DNA of 64,000 bases from Turneriella sp. (GTDB lineage: Bacteria; Spirochaetota; Leptospiria; Turneriellales; Turneriellaceae), in assembly GCA_965279515.1 (NCBI GenBank), contig CBDIID010000003.1, positions 192,001-256,000 of the forward strand, read 5' to 3'. The notes beneath the pieces are model-generated. The model was not told the origin of the DNA and ran no database searches. It was given only the letters and a program-made list of their open reading frames with translations. The position numbers and the translations under genes are program-made. Positions 1 to 9,627 of the stretch are shown here, in pieces; positions within the stretch are counted from its first letter, which is position 1, and every line of letters starts with the position of its first letter.

Positions 1-877
1 CCGCCACAGCCGTCAGCAGTACTTTACCGGCATGCGCCCGTATCGGTACAAATATCAGGAGGAGTCCCATGACGGCGGCGCCGGCAGCGGGGGCCGCACG
101 CAGGTAGCCGAGACCTGCAGCGCCGGTCATGTAGATGAGATCGCTGAATGCCGGCAGCAGCGCGACCGCGCCGCCGAAGAGCACGGCAAACATGTCGAGG
201 CTGATCGCACCGAGGATAACCTTATTGTTAAAAACAAAGTGCAAACCTTCGCGTACGGCATGCGATAGTTTCTCGCGTTTGTTCTGCGGTTTTGCCGGTG
301 CATGGATGAGATAGAAAAACAGCACCGATGCGATGGTGAGTCCCATGGCAATCTGGTAGCATAACAGCGGTGAAAATTTTTCATAAAAAATACCCGCCAT
401 TGCGGGGCCGGTGATGAGCGCTACGTGCCAGCCGATGGAATTAAAGACGGCGGCGCGTGCATAATAATCTTTGTGAACAATTTCACCTAAAAGCGCCGAA
501 CTGGCTGGGGCAATAATGCCGCGGCCCACACCGACGATACCCGTGGCAATAAAGAGCGGCAAAATCGAATCGAGTTTATGTTTGCCTGAAGTGGCGAGCA
601 GGATAATGACGCTGATCCAGGTAATGAATGAGCCGATGAGGGCAATCCGCCTGCGGTTGAAGCTGTCGGCCCAGTAGCCGCCGATGAGGCTCAAGGCAAT
701 CGCGGGAATAACTTCAGTGAGAGCGAGATAACCGATGTAGATCGAGTCATGCGTCGCTGCATAGACCTGCCAGTGCGCGATGGTGCCGACGATCTGAAAA
801 CTCAGCACCATCGTGGTGCGTGCGCCGATAAAAAAAAGGAAATTCTTATTCCTGAGAACTGAAAAATTGGATTTCAC
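1..877 (-). CDS. MFS transporter (MFS_3/DHA3-like), 3' end runs off the window
   Basis: Not in the ORF track. Translated by hand from GTG at 877: MKSNFSVLRNKNFLFFIGAR...GGYWADSFNRRRI (MFS motif A)...ILGAISLDMFAVLFGGAVALLPAF; frame stays open to the window edge. Confidence 0.88.
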   Translation of the reverse strand, partial: MKSNFSVLRNKNFLFFIGARTTMVLSFQIVGTIAHWQVYAATHDSIYIGYLALTEVIPAIALSLIGGYWADSFNRRRIALIGSFITWISVIILLATSGKHKLDSILPLFIATGIVGVGRGIIAPASSALLGEIVHKDYYARAAVFNSIGWHVALITGPAMAGIFYEKFSPLLCYQIAMGLTIASVLFFYLIHAPAKPQNKREKLSHAVREGLHFVFNNKVILGAISLDMFAVLFGGAVALLPAFSDLIYMTGAAGLGYLRAAPAAGAAVMGLLLIFVPIRAHAGKVLLTAVA

Positions 878-883
878 GCGGTG

Positions 884-2500
884 CTAGAATCCCGTATCGA
901 GCGCGTCGGCTTCGGGTGGAGTGATACGTAGTACTTTACCGCTCATAATATAGAACGATCTGCCGCCGATACCTTTGCGCAGATATTTGCCGGGGTTCCG
1001 GATAAAGTCACCTGCGTTGAGTTCGAGTGCCGGGGATGAATCCGCGGCGTTTTCGATGATAAGCGCCGGGGTGGCCCGGTTGCGGATCGTCTCTGTCGAT
1101 GAAGGTGATTTCAGTTCGACATAAATCCGCGCAAAGGTATCGACCTTGAGTTTTTGTGCGTCGCGCGCCGTCAGGCTCAGGTAATACGTTTGCCCGTTTT
1201 GGTCGAGGAGTATCCGCCAATCGCTGGTGCCAGAGGGAGCAGTCTTGAATGCCTGGGCGAGCGCATCTTTGAGCGGCGCTCCGTAATACTCGGCATTGCC
1301 TGGGGTAACAACCTTGTTTTTCGAGAGCGCTTCATAGATTTTTACAAGATCAGAGGCGGCTGTCTGCGCCGCATATTTATCGGGGATGACAACGCCGCCT
1401 TCGAAACGCTTCGCTTCTGCATCGCGCAATTCATAGATGCGTCCACCGCGGCGGAAAATAAACCATTCCTGTCCGGTCGCCAGGCCCACCCTGGCACGTT
1501 GCGCAGAAGGCAGGTACGAAGAATTTTCGCCGAGCTCGCGTGCTAACCGTTGCCAAAATGTCTGCACTTCCTGCGTGGCGGTGCTTGAGGGGGCGATCAT
1601 TACCTTTCCCGCGCGCGCGAGACGGCGTATCTGCGCACGCAAATTGATCTGCGTGCGGCTGTCGCGGGGGAAATCCGAAGGAATAAAGACAGTAACCGCA
1701 TTGCGGCCTTCTTGCCGCGCCCGCGCCGATGCTTTGACCGCGCAATCGAGTAAACTGTCGGCCTCGCTATAGCTGCCGAAACCCTCGAAGCGTAATTTTT
1801 CGAGAAACTCTTTCTGGAGAGCCTTATCGCCCTGCGGTTTTAATGTCTGGATTTTACCTTTGCCGTCGGCGAAGCAAAACGACGATTTGACGGAATCGAG
1901 ACTCAGAAAAAGGTTCTTGAGTTGCGGCCAGTCAAAGTAGGCGCCGCCATAGGTGTCGCCCGCAACGACCAGGTCGGCGCTCGATTCTTTAGGCGTCGCG
2001 GGGCTTTTACTGAAACGCTCGGTCAGGTTTTGACCCAATGCGGTGTTGAGATCGTTTCCGGTTGTAACCAGGGTGTCGGTGAGCTGATCGCCTTCGCGGA
2101 AATATACCTTGCTGGTAATCTCAAATTCCGAAGCCATGGATGGCTCAGGGGTCGCGCTGTCACGGATGACATCTCCGCGCGACCCAACGGCTTTGCGGCG
2201 GATACGGCTGAGCAGAATGCGCTCCGCCATACAGGTTTTAGCGACGGCGCGCAACGTTTCGGGGGCGATCTTTTGCGCCATCGTGGTGTTGGCTTGTTTG
2301 AGGCAACCCTCTGCCTCAGCGACCTGTACGATTTCGCCGACACGGCTTACCTTCAGGTAGAGCGCCATTGCACGCGCGAGATCGCCCGCAGCAATGGTGC
2401 TTTCCTGCCCGCCGAGTTCGAGACGGGGTGGCAAGACCAGCCAGCGGTCGGAAAACACCGCGGTGGATGCTAATATAAAGAGGCTAATGTGTCGCAGCAT
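884..2500 (-). CDS. Exported hypothetical protein (538 aa); central region possibly a degenerate vWA-like fold
   Basis: Long ORF with an N-terminal signal peptide; overlaps the murG stop; no confident family motif. Confidence 0.6.
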   Translation of the reverse strand: MLRHISLFILASTAVFSDRWLVLPPRLELGGQESTIAAGDLARAMALYLKVSRVGEIVQVAEAEGCLKQANTTMAQKIAPETLRAVAKTCMAERILLSRIRRKAVGSRGDVIRDSATPEPSMASEFEITSKVYFREGDQLTDTLVTTGNDLNTALGQNLTERFSKSPATPKESSADLVVAGDTYGGAYFDWPQLKNLFLSLDSVKSSFCFADGKGKIQTLKPQGDKALQKEFLEKLRFEGFGSYSEADSLLDCAVKASARARQEGRNAVTVFIPSDFPRDSRTQINLRAQIRRLARAGKVMIAPSSTATQEVQTFWQRLARELGENSSYLPSAQRARVGLATGQEWFIFRRGGRIYELRDAEAKRFEGGVVIPDKYAAQTAASDLVKIYEALSKNKVVTPGNAEYYGAPLKDALAQAFKTAPSGTSDWRILLDQNGQTYYLSLTARDAQKLKVDTFARIYVELKSPSSTETIRNRATPALIIENAADSSPALELNAGDFIRNPGKYLRKGIGGRSFYIMSGKVLRITPPEADALDTGF

Positions 2501-3587
2501 GGTTCAGATTCTCTAATATATATCGGGCAATTTTGATTTCGGCGCGAGTCTCGGGCCGTTTTGTTGCATTTCCGGGCGGTTTGCCCAGAAATGCCAGAAA
2601 GGCGGCGAGAGCATTTTCAGCGTGGAACGGCCGTTCGTCGTAAATTACCGACGGCATCTGAGCGATCATCGCTTCGGCATTTGCCTTTTGGTGGTCATCG
2701 GCCGCGAAAGGATAGGGAATCAGGAAGGACGGTTTTTCAGACCAGAGGATTTCAAACAGTGTGCCGCTGCCGCAGCGCGCCACGATAAAATCCGCAGCGT
2801 CGTAGGCGGCAGGCATGTCTTCAATGAAAGGCAGGATCGCATCGCCTTTACGGGCTTTGGGCTTCAGGGCTTCGAATGCCGAGCCACCGGCGGCAATTGT
2901 ACAGTGGTATTTAGTAGCGGTAGGATGCCCCACGAAACTCAGGTAGAGCGCGTTGATGTCGGTCGCACCCTGACTGCCACCGAGGAAGAGAATATTCGGT
3001 TTACCAGCCTTTTTTTTCCGAAGCGGGACATCCGCCTTGTCTTTGAACATCGCACGCAGCGGATTGCCGGTGACGACAAATTTGGAGGCGAGTTTTTTGA
3101 TTTCGGTAAAAGACAGAAACACAGCTTTTGCGAATGACTTACCCCGGCGCGTGACCATGCCCCAGTGGGCATTTTGTTCACAGAGGAAGAGCGGCTTCTT
3201 GTTGAAGATGGCATATGCCACTGCGGGAAAAGAGCTGTAACCGCCCATGCCCAGAACCGCAGTCGCCTGCTCGGCGGTCGCGGCCTGTTTCACGAGGCGG
3301 TAGGCGGAGCGAAAGCGGCGGAAAAAAGCCCATAACTTCAGCGGGTTTTTTGTGAGCCGCGGCGCGTCATAGGCCACGATCGAAACATTTTCATTGCGCG
3401 CAATTCTGATAATATCGGGGTAGTCGATATTTTTCATCAGCGTCGTGAGAATGATTTTGCCGCCGAGAGCAAGCCAGCGTTCAGCGATGCTGATACCGGG
3501 GGTGATATGACCGCCCGTGCCGCCCGCGGCGATCAGCAATGTTTTACCCTGTGCTTCTCCGGAAGCTTGTATGGTCTTTTTCTTCAT
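2484..3587 (-). CDS. murG: Lipid I N-acetylglucosaminyltransferase MurG
   Basis: GGTGGH, GMGGYSS, EQN, TGNPLR, GGSQGA, RCGSGT, P(F)AADDHQKANA motifs. Confidence 0.95.
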   Translation of the reverse strand: MKKKTIQASGEAQGKTLLIAAGGTGGHITPGISIAERWLALGGKIILTTLMKNIDYPDIIRIARNENVSIVAYDAPRLTKNPLKLWAFFRRFRSAYRLVKQAATAEQATAVLGMGGYSSFPAVAYAIFNKKPLFLCEQNAHWGMVTRRGKSFAKAVFLSFTEIKKLASKFVVTGNPLRAMFKDKADVPLRKKKAGKPNILFLGGSQGATDINALYLSFVGHPTATKYHCTIAAGGSAFEALKPKARKGDAILPFIEDMPAAYDAADFIVARCGSGTLFEILWSEKPSFLIPYPFAADDHQKANAEAMIAQMPSVIYDERPFHAENALAAFLAFLGKPPGNATKRPETRAEIKIARYILENLNHAATH

Positions 3588-4825
3588 GATGGTATTGCCG
3601 CGGCACCGAGGCGAGTTTTCACAAGTTCTATCAGCACCTCGCGGTTATTCTCGGCGCGACCCGCTTTCACTTCTTCGAAGACATATTTGAGCATATCGCC
3701 CATCGCGCGCGTCTGTGGCATGCCCATTTCCATGAGTATATGGCCGTCGATGGCAAGATCTTTGATCTTGAATTCTTTTTCTTTTTCGATGATTTCGTCG
3801 ATATGACTGATCAGGTTTTGCAGCGCCTTCGGGAACGCTGTCTTCTTGCCAGAACCCTTGCGGTCGGCGAGGCGCAGCGAGATCAGGTCCTGCAGTTCTT
3901 CAAGCGGGATTTTTTTCACGAACCGGCGCACGGCCTTATCTGACCATTCGTCGGTATAATGGAACATGTGGTTGCGCACGAGGAATTTCACTTTTTGCCC
4001 GACGCCGATCGGCACCGCAAGGCGTTTCATGATCGGCACGACCATGCGCGCTGAATACATTTCATGGTTGTGAAAGCTGGCTTCGCCGTTGGGCCCTTCG
4101 ACACGCGTCGGCACTTTGCCGACATCGTGGAGGAGCGCTGACCAGCGCACGGGTTCATTCAGGTCATAGGCGCCGTCGACCGAATGCAGCAGGTGCTCGA
4201 AGATATCGTGCGCGTGGTAGCGGTTTTGCGCGAGATGCCGGCCGGCAGTGACCTCGGGTAAATAGACTTCGAGCAGGCCCAATTCATCGAGGAATTTCAG
4301 GGCTTTGGAGGGTTTACGCCCGCAGATAATATTCTTGAAGGTATGGCGCCGCAATGTCTGGGGAACATCCAGTGCTGCTTTGGGATCGGAAACCGCCGTC
4401 ACCCCTTTTACCTTTAGTTGCGGAAAGCGCGCCACGAGTACTGCGACTTGCAGCAGATCTTTGAGTTCAGGGCTGCTATGGAATTCCATAGCATCGCCCT
4501 GAACAGAAATGCATGCGGGTATCCACTGGAACTTTTTCGCTGAAAGGACAATCTTGCCCGGCTGGCGGCTGCGTTCCGCAAAACGGATTTCCGTTTCGTG
4601 ATCGGTGACATGCGTTTCTGCGCCTGAGCCACGAACCGCGGCGGTGAAGGCGGCAATCTCTTCGGGGGTGGCCGAAATTTTCAGCGGCAGTGTTTCGCGC
4701 TTCATATCGTCGGCGAGTTTTGTTTCGCTCGCAGCGGTTGTATACCAGTAGCCCTCCCACATGAGCAGGCTCTGGTTTTCAGGTGAATGCGCTGCGGCAA
4801 TGAGCGCAGAGAAAATCTCAGCCAT
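3584..4825 (-). CDS. HD-domain protein related to CCA-adding enzyme, with a degenerate N-terminal nucleotidyltransferase domain
   Basis: QNRYHAHDIFEH, ALLHDVGK, FHNHE, VRNHM, LAIDG match the HD/body/tail of multifunctional CCA enzymes; no GGxVRD/DxD, RRD or EDxLR. Start taken at ATG 4825 (MAEIF). Confidence 0.8.
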   Translation of the reverse strand: MAEIFSALIAAAHSPENQSLLMWEGYWYTTAASETKLADDMKRETLPLKISATPEEIAAFTAAVRGSGAETHVTDHETEIRFAERSRQPGKIVLSAKKFQWIPACISVQGDAMEFHSSPELKDLLQVAVLVARFPQLKVKGVTAVSDPKAALDVPQTLRRHTFKNIICGRKPSKALKFLDELGLLEVYLPEVTAGRHLAQNRYHAHDIFEHLLHSVDGAYDLNEPVRWSALLHDVGKVPTRVEGPNGEASFHNHEMYSARMVVPIMKRLAVPIGVGQKVKFLVRNHMFHYTDEWSDKAVRRFVKKIPLEELQDLISLRLADRKGSGKKTAFPKALQNLISHIDEIIEKEKEFKIKDLAIDGHILMEMGMPQTRAMGDMLKYVFEEVKAGRAENNREVLIELVKTRLGAAAIPS

Positions 4826-4838
4826 CGGTACCTGCAAT

Positions 4839-5651
4839 TTAAGCCTTCCGTTCCAGAACGGCAAAGATCGTGTCGCTCAGTGGCGCATGCTCGAGCGCCT
4901 TGCGGTAGAGACGGTTCATAAAACCGATATTGCCGAGGGGAAATCGCTGGGGATGCATACCTTCGGCAAACAGGGCGCGGACAGCAAAACCAAATTGCGC
5001 GCCGACGCGTTTCAAGGCCTTCGGCGAGTAATCGATGGCATGGTCTGTGGGATGGCTTTTATACCATTCGGCACGATGGAAACGAAACATGGGCCCCGTG
5101 GCTGAAGGCAGGGCCAGCAGCAGAAATCCACTGGGGCGTACGAGGCGGGCCAGATGCTGCCAGACTTCTTTTTGCGCGGGCAAATGTTCGAGCACATAGA
5201 ACATGGCCACAACGTCGTATGGCTTTTTATTCTTCTTTTCGTGGTCTTTCGCACCTTTCAGGAAATCCTGCCGCGTGGTTTTCAGGCCGCGCGCGTTGGC
5301 GTATGTTGCCATGGTCTTCGAAATTTCCCAGCCACGTACGATGAAATCCTCATCTTGCATTGCTTTCAGGAAATAACCCGCCGCGGAACCAATTTCGAGC
5401 ACCTGGGGGTGTGTGGTTGGGGAGAAGAGATTTTTTACTTTCTCATAGCGATGCTGGTTGCGTTCAAGAATCGCCTGCCGGTCAGCCATGTACGATTTGC
5501 CGTATTGTGCTTTGTATTCCTTGTCGAAGTAGTCGCTTTCGTAGCGAACCGCGCGATAAGCGAGATTGATGACAAGGCGATCGTTAGGGCATACGGCGAA
5601 CGAGGGGTTATCCAGCGTCTTGAGATTTTCACCGCAAATGGGGCAGGTCAC
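4839..5651 (-). CDS. Class I SAM-dependent methyltransferase with an N-terminal CxxC
   Basis: VLEIGSAAGYF (motif I), YDVVAMFYVLEHL, VRPSG; N-terminal CPIC. Confidence 0.85.
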   Translation of the reverse strand: MTCPICGENLKTLDNPSFAVCPNDRLVINLAYRAVRYESDYFDKEYKAQYGKSYMADRQAILERNQHRYEKVKNLFSPTTHPQVLEIGSAAGYFLKAMQDEDFIVRGWEISKTMATYANARGLKTTRQDFLKGAKDHEKKNKKPYDVVAMFYVLEHLPAQKEVWQHLARLVRPSGFLLLALPSATGPMFRFHRAEWYKSHPTDHAIDYSPKALKRVGAQFGFAVRALFAEGMHPQRFPLGNIGFMNRLYRKALEHAPLSDTIFAVLERKA

Positions 5652-5756
5652 AAGGTTTACGACGGGACTTGAGACACACTGTGAACAAAAAACAAATGGG
5701 CAGGTATGGGGGCTAAAGCGGTTGCATCCGTATAGCGGCTTACCTCCCTGACCGCC

Positions 5757-6599
5757 ATGTCACTTGCAGATATTGCCAAAGCCGCGGGTTCGGTGGCGAG
5801 GCGCTATGCACCCCGCGAAGAAATTTTTCCCCATGGCTCATCCAGCGAAGAGGGTGTCTGTCTCGTGCTGCAGGGCACGGTCGAAGCCTACCAGGGCAAT
5901 GCGGATGATACGACAAGGCCCGTGGCGACTTATACACCCGGCGCGTTTTTCGGTCTTTCTGCCATTTTAGGTATTCCGCGGTTTGAAACTGCCCGGGCCG
6001 GCAATGCCGAAGTCAAGGTACTCTTTCTCAATGAAGCGGACTTCTTGCGTTACCTGCGCGAAGACGGCACGTTCCTTTCGCAGTTGTTTAAGCTGACCCT
6101 GGCCCGCCTGCGGTCGATTCCCGAGCATCTCATCAAAAAGCCCGACGCGGAAATTAAGCCCGATGAGCTGTTTGGTTCAGGGGCGGTTGAGAAGTTTAAG
6201 GAAATCCGCCGCCAGAATCTCGTCGCTCCGGAGTACCTCAATAAAATGCGGAACAAATATGTTTCGGCAGGGAAAAAACTTTTCGACAATGAAAAGGACA
6301 TCGATACCGATGTCTACCTGCTGGTCGAAGGTACAATCGAACAGTACTGGAAAGATGATTCGCTTGTCATTACGCTTGAGCCCGGTGCGCTATTTGGCTT
6401 TCTAAAGGCGGCGGATGACGGCGGCCATGTCTTAACGGCAAAAGCCGGTAAGTCCACCGCCAAGCTGATTGCGCTCGACGATGATATGCTGACGAAGCTG
6501 AGTCATTTGGACCAGAGGCTTGCGTACTCGATCTTTCAGAATATAGTACTTACCATTGCCATTGTGGAGAACCAGATGATCAAGAGGACCGTGCTCTGA
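5757..6599 (+). CDS. Tandem cyclic-nucleotide-binding domain protein without an output domain
   Basis: Two CNB repeats: LVLQGTV...PGAFFG...PRFETARA and YLLVEGTI...PGALFG; no HTH seen. Confidence 0.8.
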   Translation: MSLADIAKAAGSVARRYAPREEIFPHGSSSEEGVCLVLQGTVEAYQGNADDTTRPVATYTPGAFFGLSAILGIPRFETARAGNAEVKVLFLNEADFLRYLREDGTFLSQLFKLTLARLRSIPEHLIKKPDAEIKPDELFGSGAVEKFKEIRRQNLVAPEYLNKMRNKYVSAGKKLFDNEKDIDTDVYLLVEGTIEQYWKDDSLVITLEPGALFGFLKAADDGGHVLTAKAGKSTAKLIALDDDMLTKLSHLDQRLAYSIFQNIVLTIAIVENQMIKRTVL

Positions 6600-6605
6600 A
6601 GCAGA

Positions 6606-7874
6606 ATGGCCTGGGCTTTGAAGTTATGCGTTTGCGTTGTTTATCTTAGTTTAAGTTTTTGCTCACCGCTTTTCGCCGACCTGGCCAACGGCCGCTATCT
6701 GCCCATCGGCGATCGCTCGGCATTTATGGCGAATACAGGCGTTGCCGATGGCCGGGGCTCGATGGCGGTGCTCTTTAATCCCGGGGCGCTGGGTTTTGTC
6801 GAACGCAGCAAAATTTCGCTGAGTGGCAATCTGTATTTCAACCAATGGACCGATTTTGATCCCCTGGTACGCTATGGCGGCGAAAGCCAGAGTGTGCGGA
6901 TCTCTGGATTCAACTCCTTGCCCAATTCTGCTGTGAGTATCTATAAATGGGGCGAAACGACGCTGGCGATATCTGTACTGGTGCCCGAATTCAGTGAAAT
7001 CGGTACGCTGCAGAAAATTGACCTGACAAATTATAAAGCCGTGGTTCAGTTTAACAGCAAGGAACAGGATCTTTGGATCGGGATTACCGTGGCCCGCGTT
7101 TGGCGCGAAAAATACGGGATTGGCCTCTCTGTCTATGGTACGCGTTATGCGCGGCGCTCGGCGATCAGCGTGATTGGCAGCATCGCCTCAGGAGGCTCAT
7201 CGGCCGAACTCACGAGTATCCTCAATATTGAGGGTGCTGCACACAGTGTCGAGAGTGTGCTTGGCGTTTTTGTGAAGCCGGCAGCCTGGTTGGCAGCGGG
7301 GCTTAAATTTGCGCCGCCGGGAATACGCATCAACGGCAGCGGTTCTTATTATGAATCGAGCCGCGCCAATATCGGGGCCACGCAGAATATTCAAACCGAA
7401 GACAGACCGAACATCGGTTATTATTATAGCCGGCCCGCAGAATTGTCGCTGGGTGTGGCGCTGTTTTTCCGTGAAGACCTGCGCTGGTATTTTGACGCCA
7501 ATTTACAGTTTCCGCTTGTTTTTGAGGAATTACCCTCTGCCTCGAGCCGCGGTCTCTATGATTTGCGCCTGACGCCCCGGATTTCAACCGGCCTGGAATT
7601 TCGTATGACCCCGGCGTGGAGTATCCTCTCGGGAATTGCCATACTGCCTTCCGCGGTGCCGGCGCTCGAGCCGCGCTATGCCGGTAGAACAAAGGCGACG
7701 CAGTTTCTCGGCTCAGCGGGTATTATCTACTCAGATGAACATGTCAGAACGGGGCTCGGCGCGTTTTATCTCTACGCAGACGGAGCTCAACAGGTGGATG
7801 CCACACCGGGGAATACCAACCATATACGTTCCATTGCCTTGGGAGCATTACTGACCTCGAGTTATGAGTTTTAA
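6606..7874 (+). CDS. OmpP1/FadL-like outer-membrane transporter
   Basis: Signal peptide, then GDRSAFMANTGVA...AVLFNPGALG (FadL-type N-terminal motif), amphipathic strands and C-terminal SYEF. Confidence 0.65.
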   Translation: MAWALKLCVCVVYLSLSFCSPLFADLANGRYLPIGDRSAFMANTGVADGRGSMAVLFNPGALGFVERSKISLSGNLYFNQWTDFDPLVRYGGESQSVRISGFNSLPNSAVSIYKWGETTLAISVLVPEFSEIGTLQKIDLTNYKAVVQFNSKEQDLWIGITVARVWREKYGIGLSVYGTRYARRSAISVIGSIASGGSSAELTSILNIEGAAHSVESVLGVFVKPAAWLAAGLKFAPPGIRINGSGSYYESSRANIGATQNIQTEDRPNIGYYYSRPAELSLGVALFFREDLRWYFDANLQFPLVFEELPSASSRGLYDLRLTPRISTGLEFRMTPAWSILSGIAILPSAVPALEPRYAGRTKATQFLGSAGIIYSDEHVRTGLGAFYLYADGAQQVDATPGNTNHIRSIALGALLTSSYEF

Positions 7875-7876
7875 GG

Positions 7877-8905
7877 TTAAAACCAGCAACCGGCCTGCAC
7901 CATAAATGCAGTGGCATTGATTTGCAGGTTTCTCGAAGCATCGAGGTTCAGCGTCACCGGGCCGAGCCTGAGTCCGAGGCCGGCAGTGACCTGGTTCGAG
8001 ACCAGAATGGGTTTGAAGGTGGCCGTGTCTTTCAGCACCAGCGTCGCCGTATCGTTGGTGCGGATTGTATCGCTGGCAGTCGCGGTGGATGAAGTCACCG
8101 TAAAATCTCCCGTGACGGTATTTGTCAGCGAAGCGATGCCCGTGTGGATGGAAGTCAGAATGCCCATGCGTCCCGTGAATATCCAAAGGAATGGCTTCGA
8201 GACAATGAGACCTGTCGTCAGGGAGACGACATCCCACTTCAACTTTAATTCGTCGCGGAAGCGGAAATCCCCCCGTGCCGTTGTACCGCTCGCTGCGTCG
8301 CCGTCGGGATCGAATTCGATGTTGCGGATGATATCGCGGAACGAAGCGGTCAGCGTGCCGTGCATGTAACCGATATCGAGCGGCGTAGTGATCGCCGGGC
8401 TGTACCACGCATCGCCGTTCTTTTTCACCTGCCGCGTGAGGGCGACGCCGAGGCTGAACGGCTGCACGGCATAACTGTTCGACGACTGACTGAAGGTTAT
8501 TTCCGGCAGGTAGAATGCGCGAATCTGCAGGGCGAGATTGTCGTTCAGTTTGAATCCGCCGACGATATTGGCCGAGTATAAGATGGATGAATTCAGCCGT
8601 TGTCCCGCGGGAATCCGGTCGGGTTGAATCCACGCCGCAGAGGGTTCGAGCTGAAAGGTTGGCAGCCAGGCTTCCTGGCGCTGCACACCGATCGTCGATG
8701 AGAATGCCGCGGAGTTGACGATGGGCTGGCCCGCAACGGAGGCGAGGCTGTAAAACAGCGCGCCGAGACCGCGGTCGAGCAGAGTCAGCGCCCTCTGCAC
8801 ATTCGCCGCACTGGTATCAAAAGTCGCGTCTGAAACCGTAATCTCAGCACCCAGCCCGGCGGTATACAGGGTCAGCAAGGTCATCGTACGAAAAAATTTC
8901 ACCAT
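7877..8905 (-). CDS. Putative outer-membrane beta-barrel protein
   Basis: Signal peptide, beta-strand-rich sequence, C-terminal Phe (QAGCWF). Confidence 0.55.
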   Translation of the reverse strand: MVKFFRTMTLLTLYTAGLGAEITVSDATFDTSAANVQRALTLLDRGLGALFYSLASVAGQPIVNSAAFSSTIGVQRQEAWLPTFQLEPSAAWIQPDRIPAGQRLNSSILYSANIVGGFKLNDNLALQIRAFYLPEITFSQSSNSYAVQPFSLGVALTRQVKKNGDAWYSPAITTPLDIGYMHGTLTASFRDIIRNIEFDPDGDAASGTTARGDFRFRDELKLKWDVVSLTTGLIVSKPFLWIFTGRMGILTSIHTGIASLTNTVTGDFTVTSSTATASDTIRTNDTATLVLKDTATFKPILVSNQVTAGLGLRLGPVTLNLDASRNLQINATAFMVQAGCWF

Positions 8906-9552
8906 ACGCGGGCCCCTATATAGAAGTTCACCGTAAGGCGTTGCTGTGTTTTCGGAATTTCAATGGCATTGAGTTCGAAACCCAGACCGGCGATCAGGGC
9001 ATCGTCTAAAAATTTCTGGTCGATGCCGGCGCGCAGGTAAAGCGCATACGAGCGGTCGATTTTCGCAAGCGTGTCACGCGCTTCAGGGTAAAGCTCCGAT
9101 GCCTCGTCGAAAGTGAAAGTGCCCAAAGGCGTCAGCGTGCGGTTATAGACCGGAATCTGGAAACCCAGGCCAAAACTCCAGTCGATGCCCCAGTGCCTGA
9201 AAATCTGGCGGAAATCCGCCTTGATTTGCGAATGGCTGGGGTAAAAAAGTTTGCCCTGGTTGTTGCCGTTGTTCGCCGGCAGAACGATATCGTCTGTGTA
9301 CCGCGTGTACTGCGCGCGCAGCGTTACGAGATTGGCATCTTCCCGCCACAATTTCAGGGGCAGGGTAGAGAGGATGGCAAACTCGGCGCCCGCATTCTGT
9401 TTTACAAAATCGTCATTGCTGAGAATTCTGTTAAAGCCCGCGGCGACGGCTACCTGAAACCGGCGTTCAGGCAGGCCGGTATCGGCGCCCAGGCGCAGTG
9501 CGCAGGTAAGTGCCAGGCAAACAGTGAGCGGAATGCGAAACGGAAGCCGCAT
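8899..9552 (-). CDS. Putative small outer-membrane beta-barrel protein
   Basis: Signal peptide, alternating strands, C-terminal NFYIGARVW; overlaps the start of the next gene. Confidence 0.55.
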   Translation of the reverse strand: MRLPFRIPLTVCLALTCALRLGADTGLPERRFQVAVAAGFNRILSNDDFVKQNAGAEFAILSTLPLKLWREDANLVTLRAQYTRYTDDIVLPANNGNNQGKLFYPSHSQIKADFRQIFRHWGIDWSFGLGFQIPVYNRTLTPLGTFTFDEASELYPEARDTLAKIDRSYALYLRAGIDQKFLDDALIAGLGFELNAIEIPKTQQRLTVNFYIGARVW

Positions 9553-9627
9553 TCGGCTGAGCTTTAAAAACGGCCCGTTGCGGCAAGCTTTGTTATTGAC
9601 GGTGCTGTGCTAAAGTTAAGAGGAAAT

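Noticed and set aside
32..384. Short track ORFs at the window start
   Set aside because: The real gene is the minus-strand MFS transporter in another frame.
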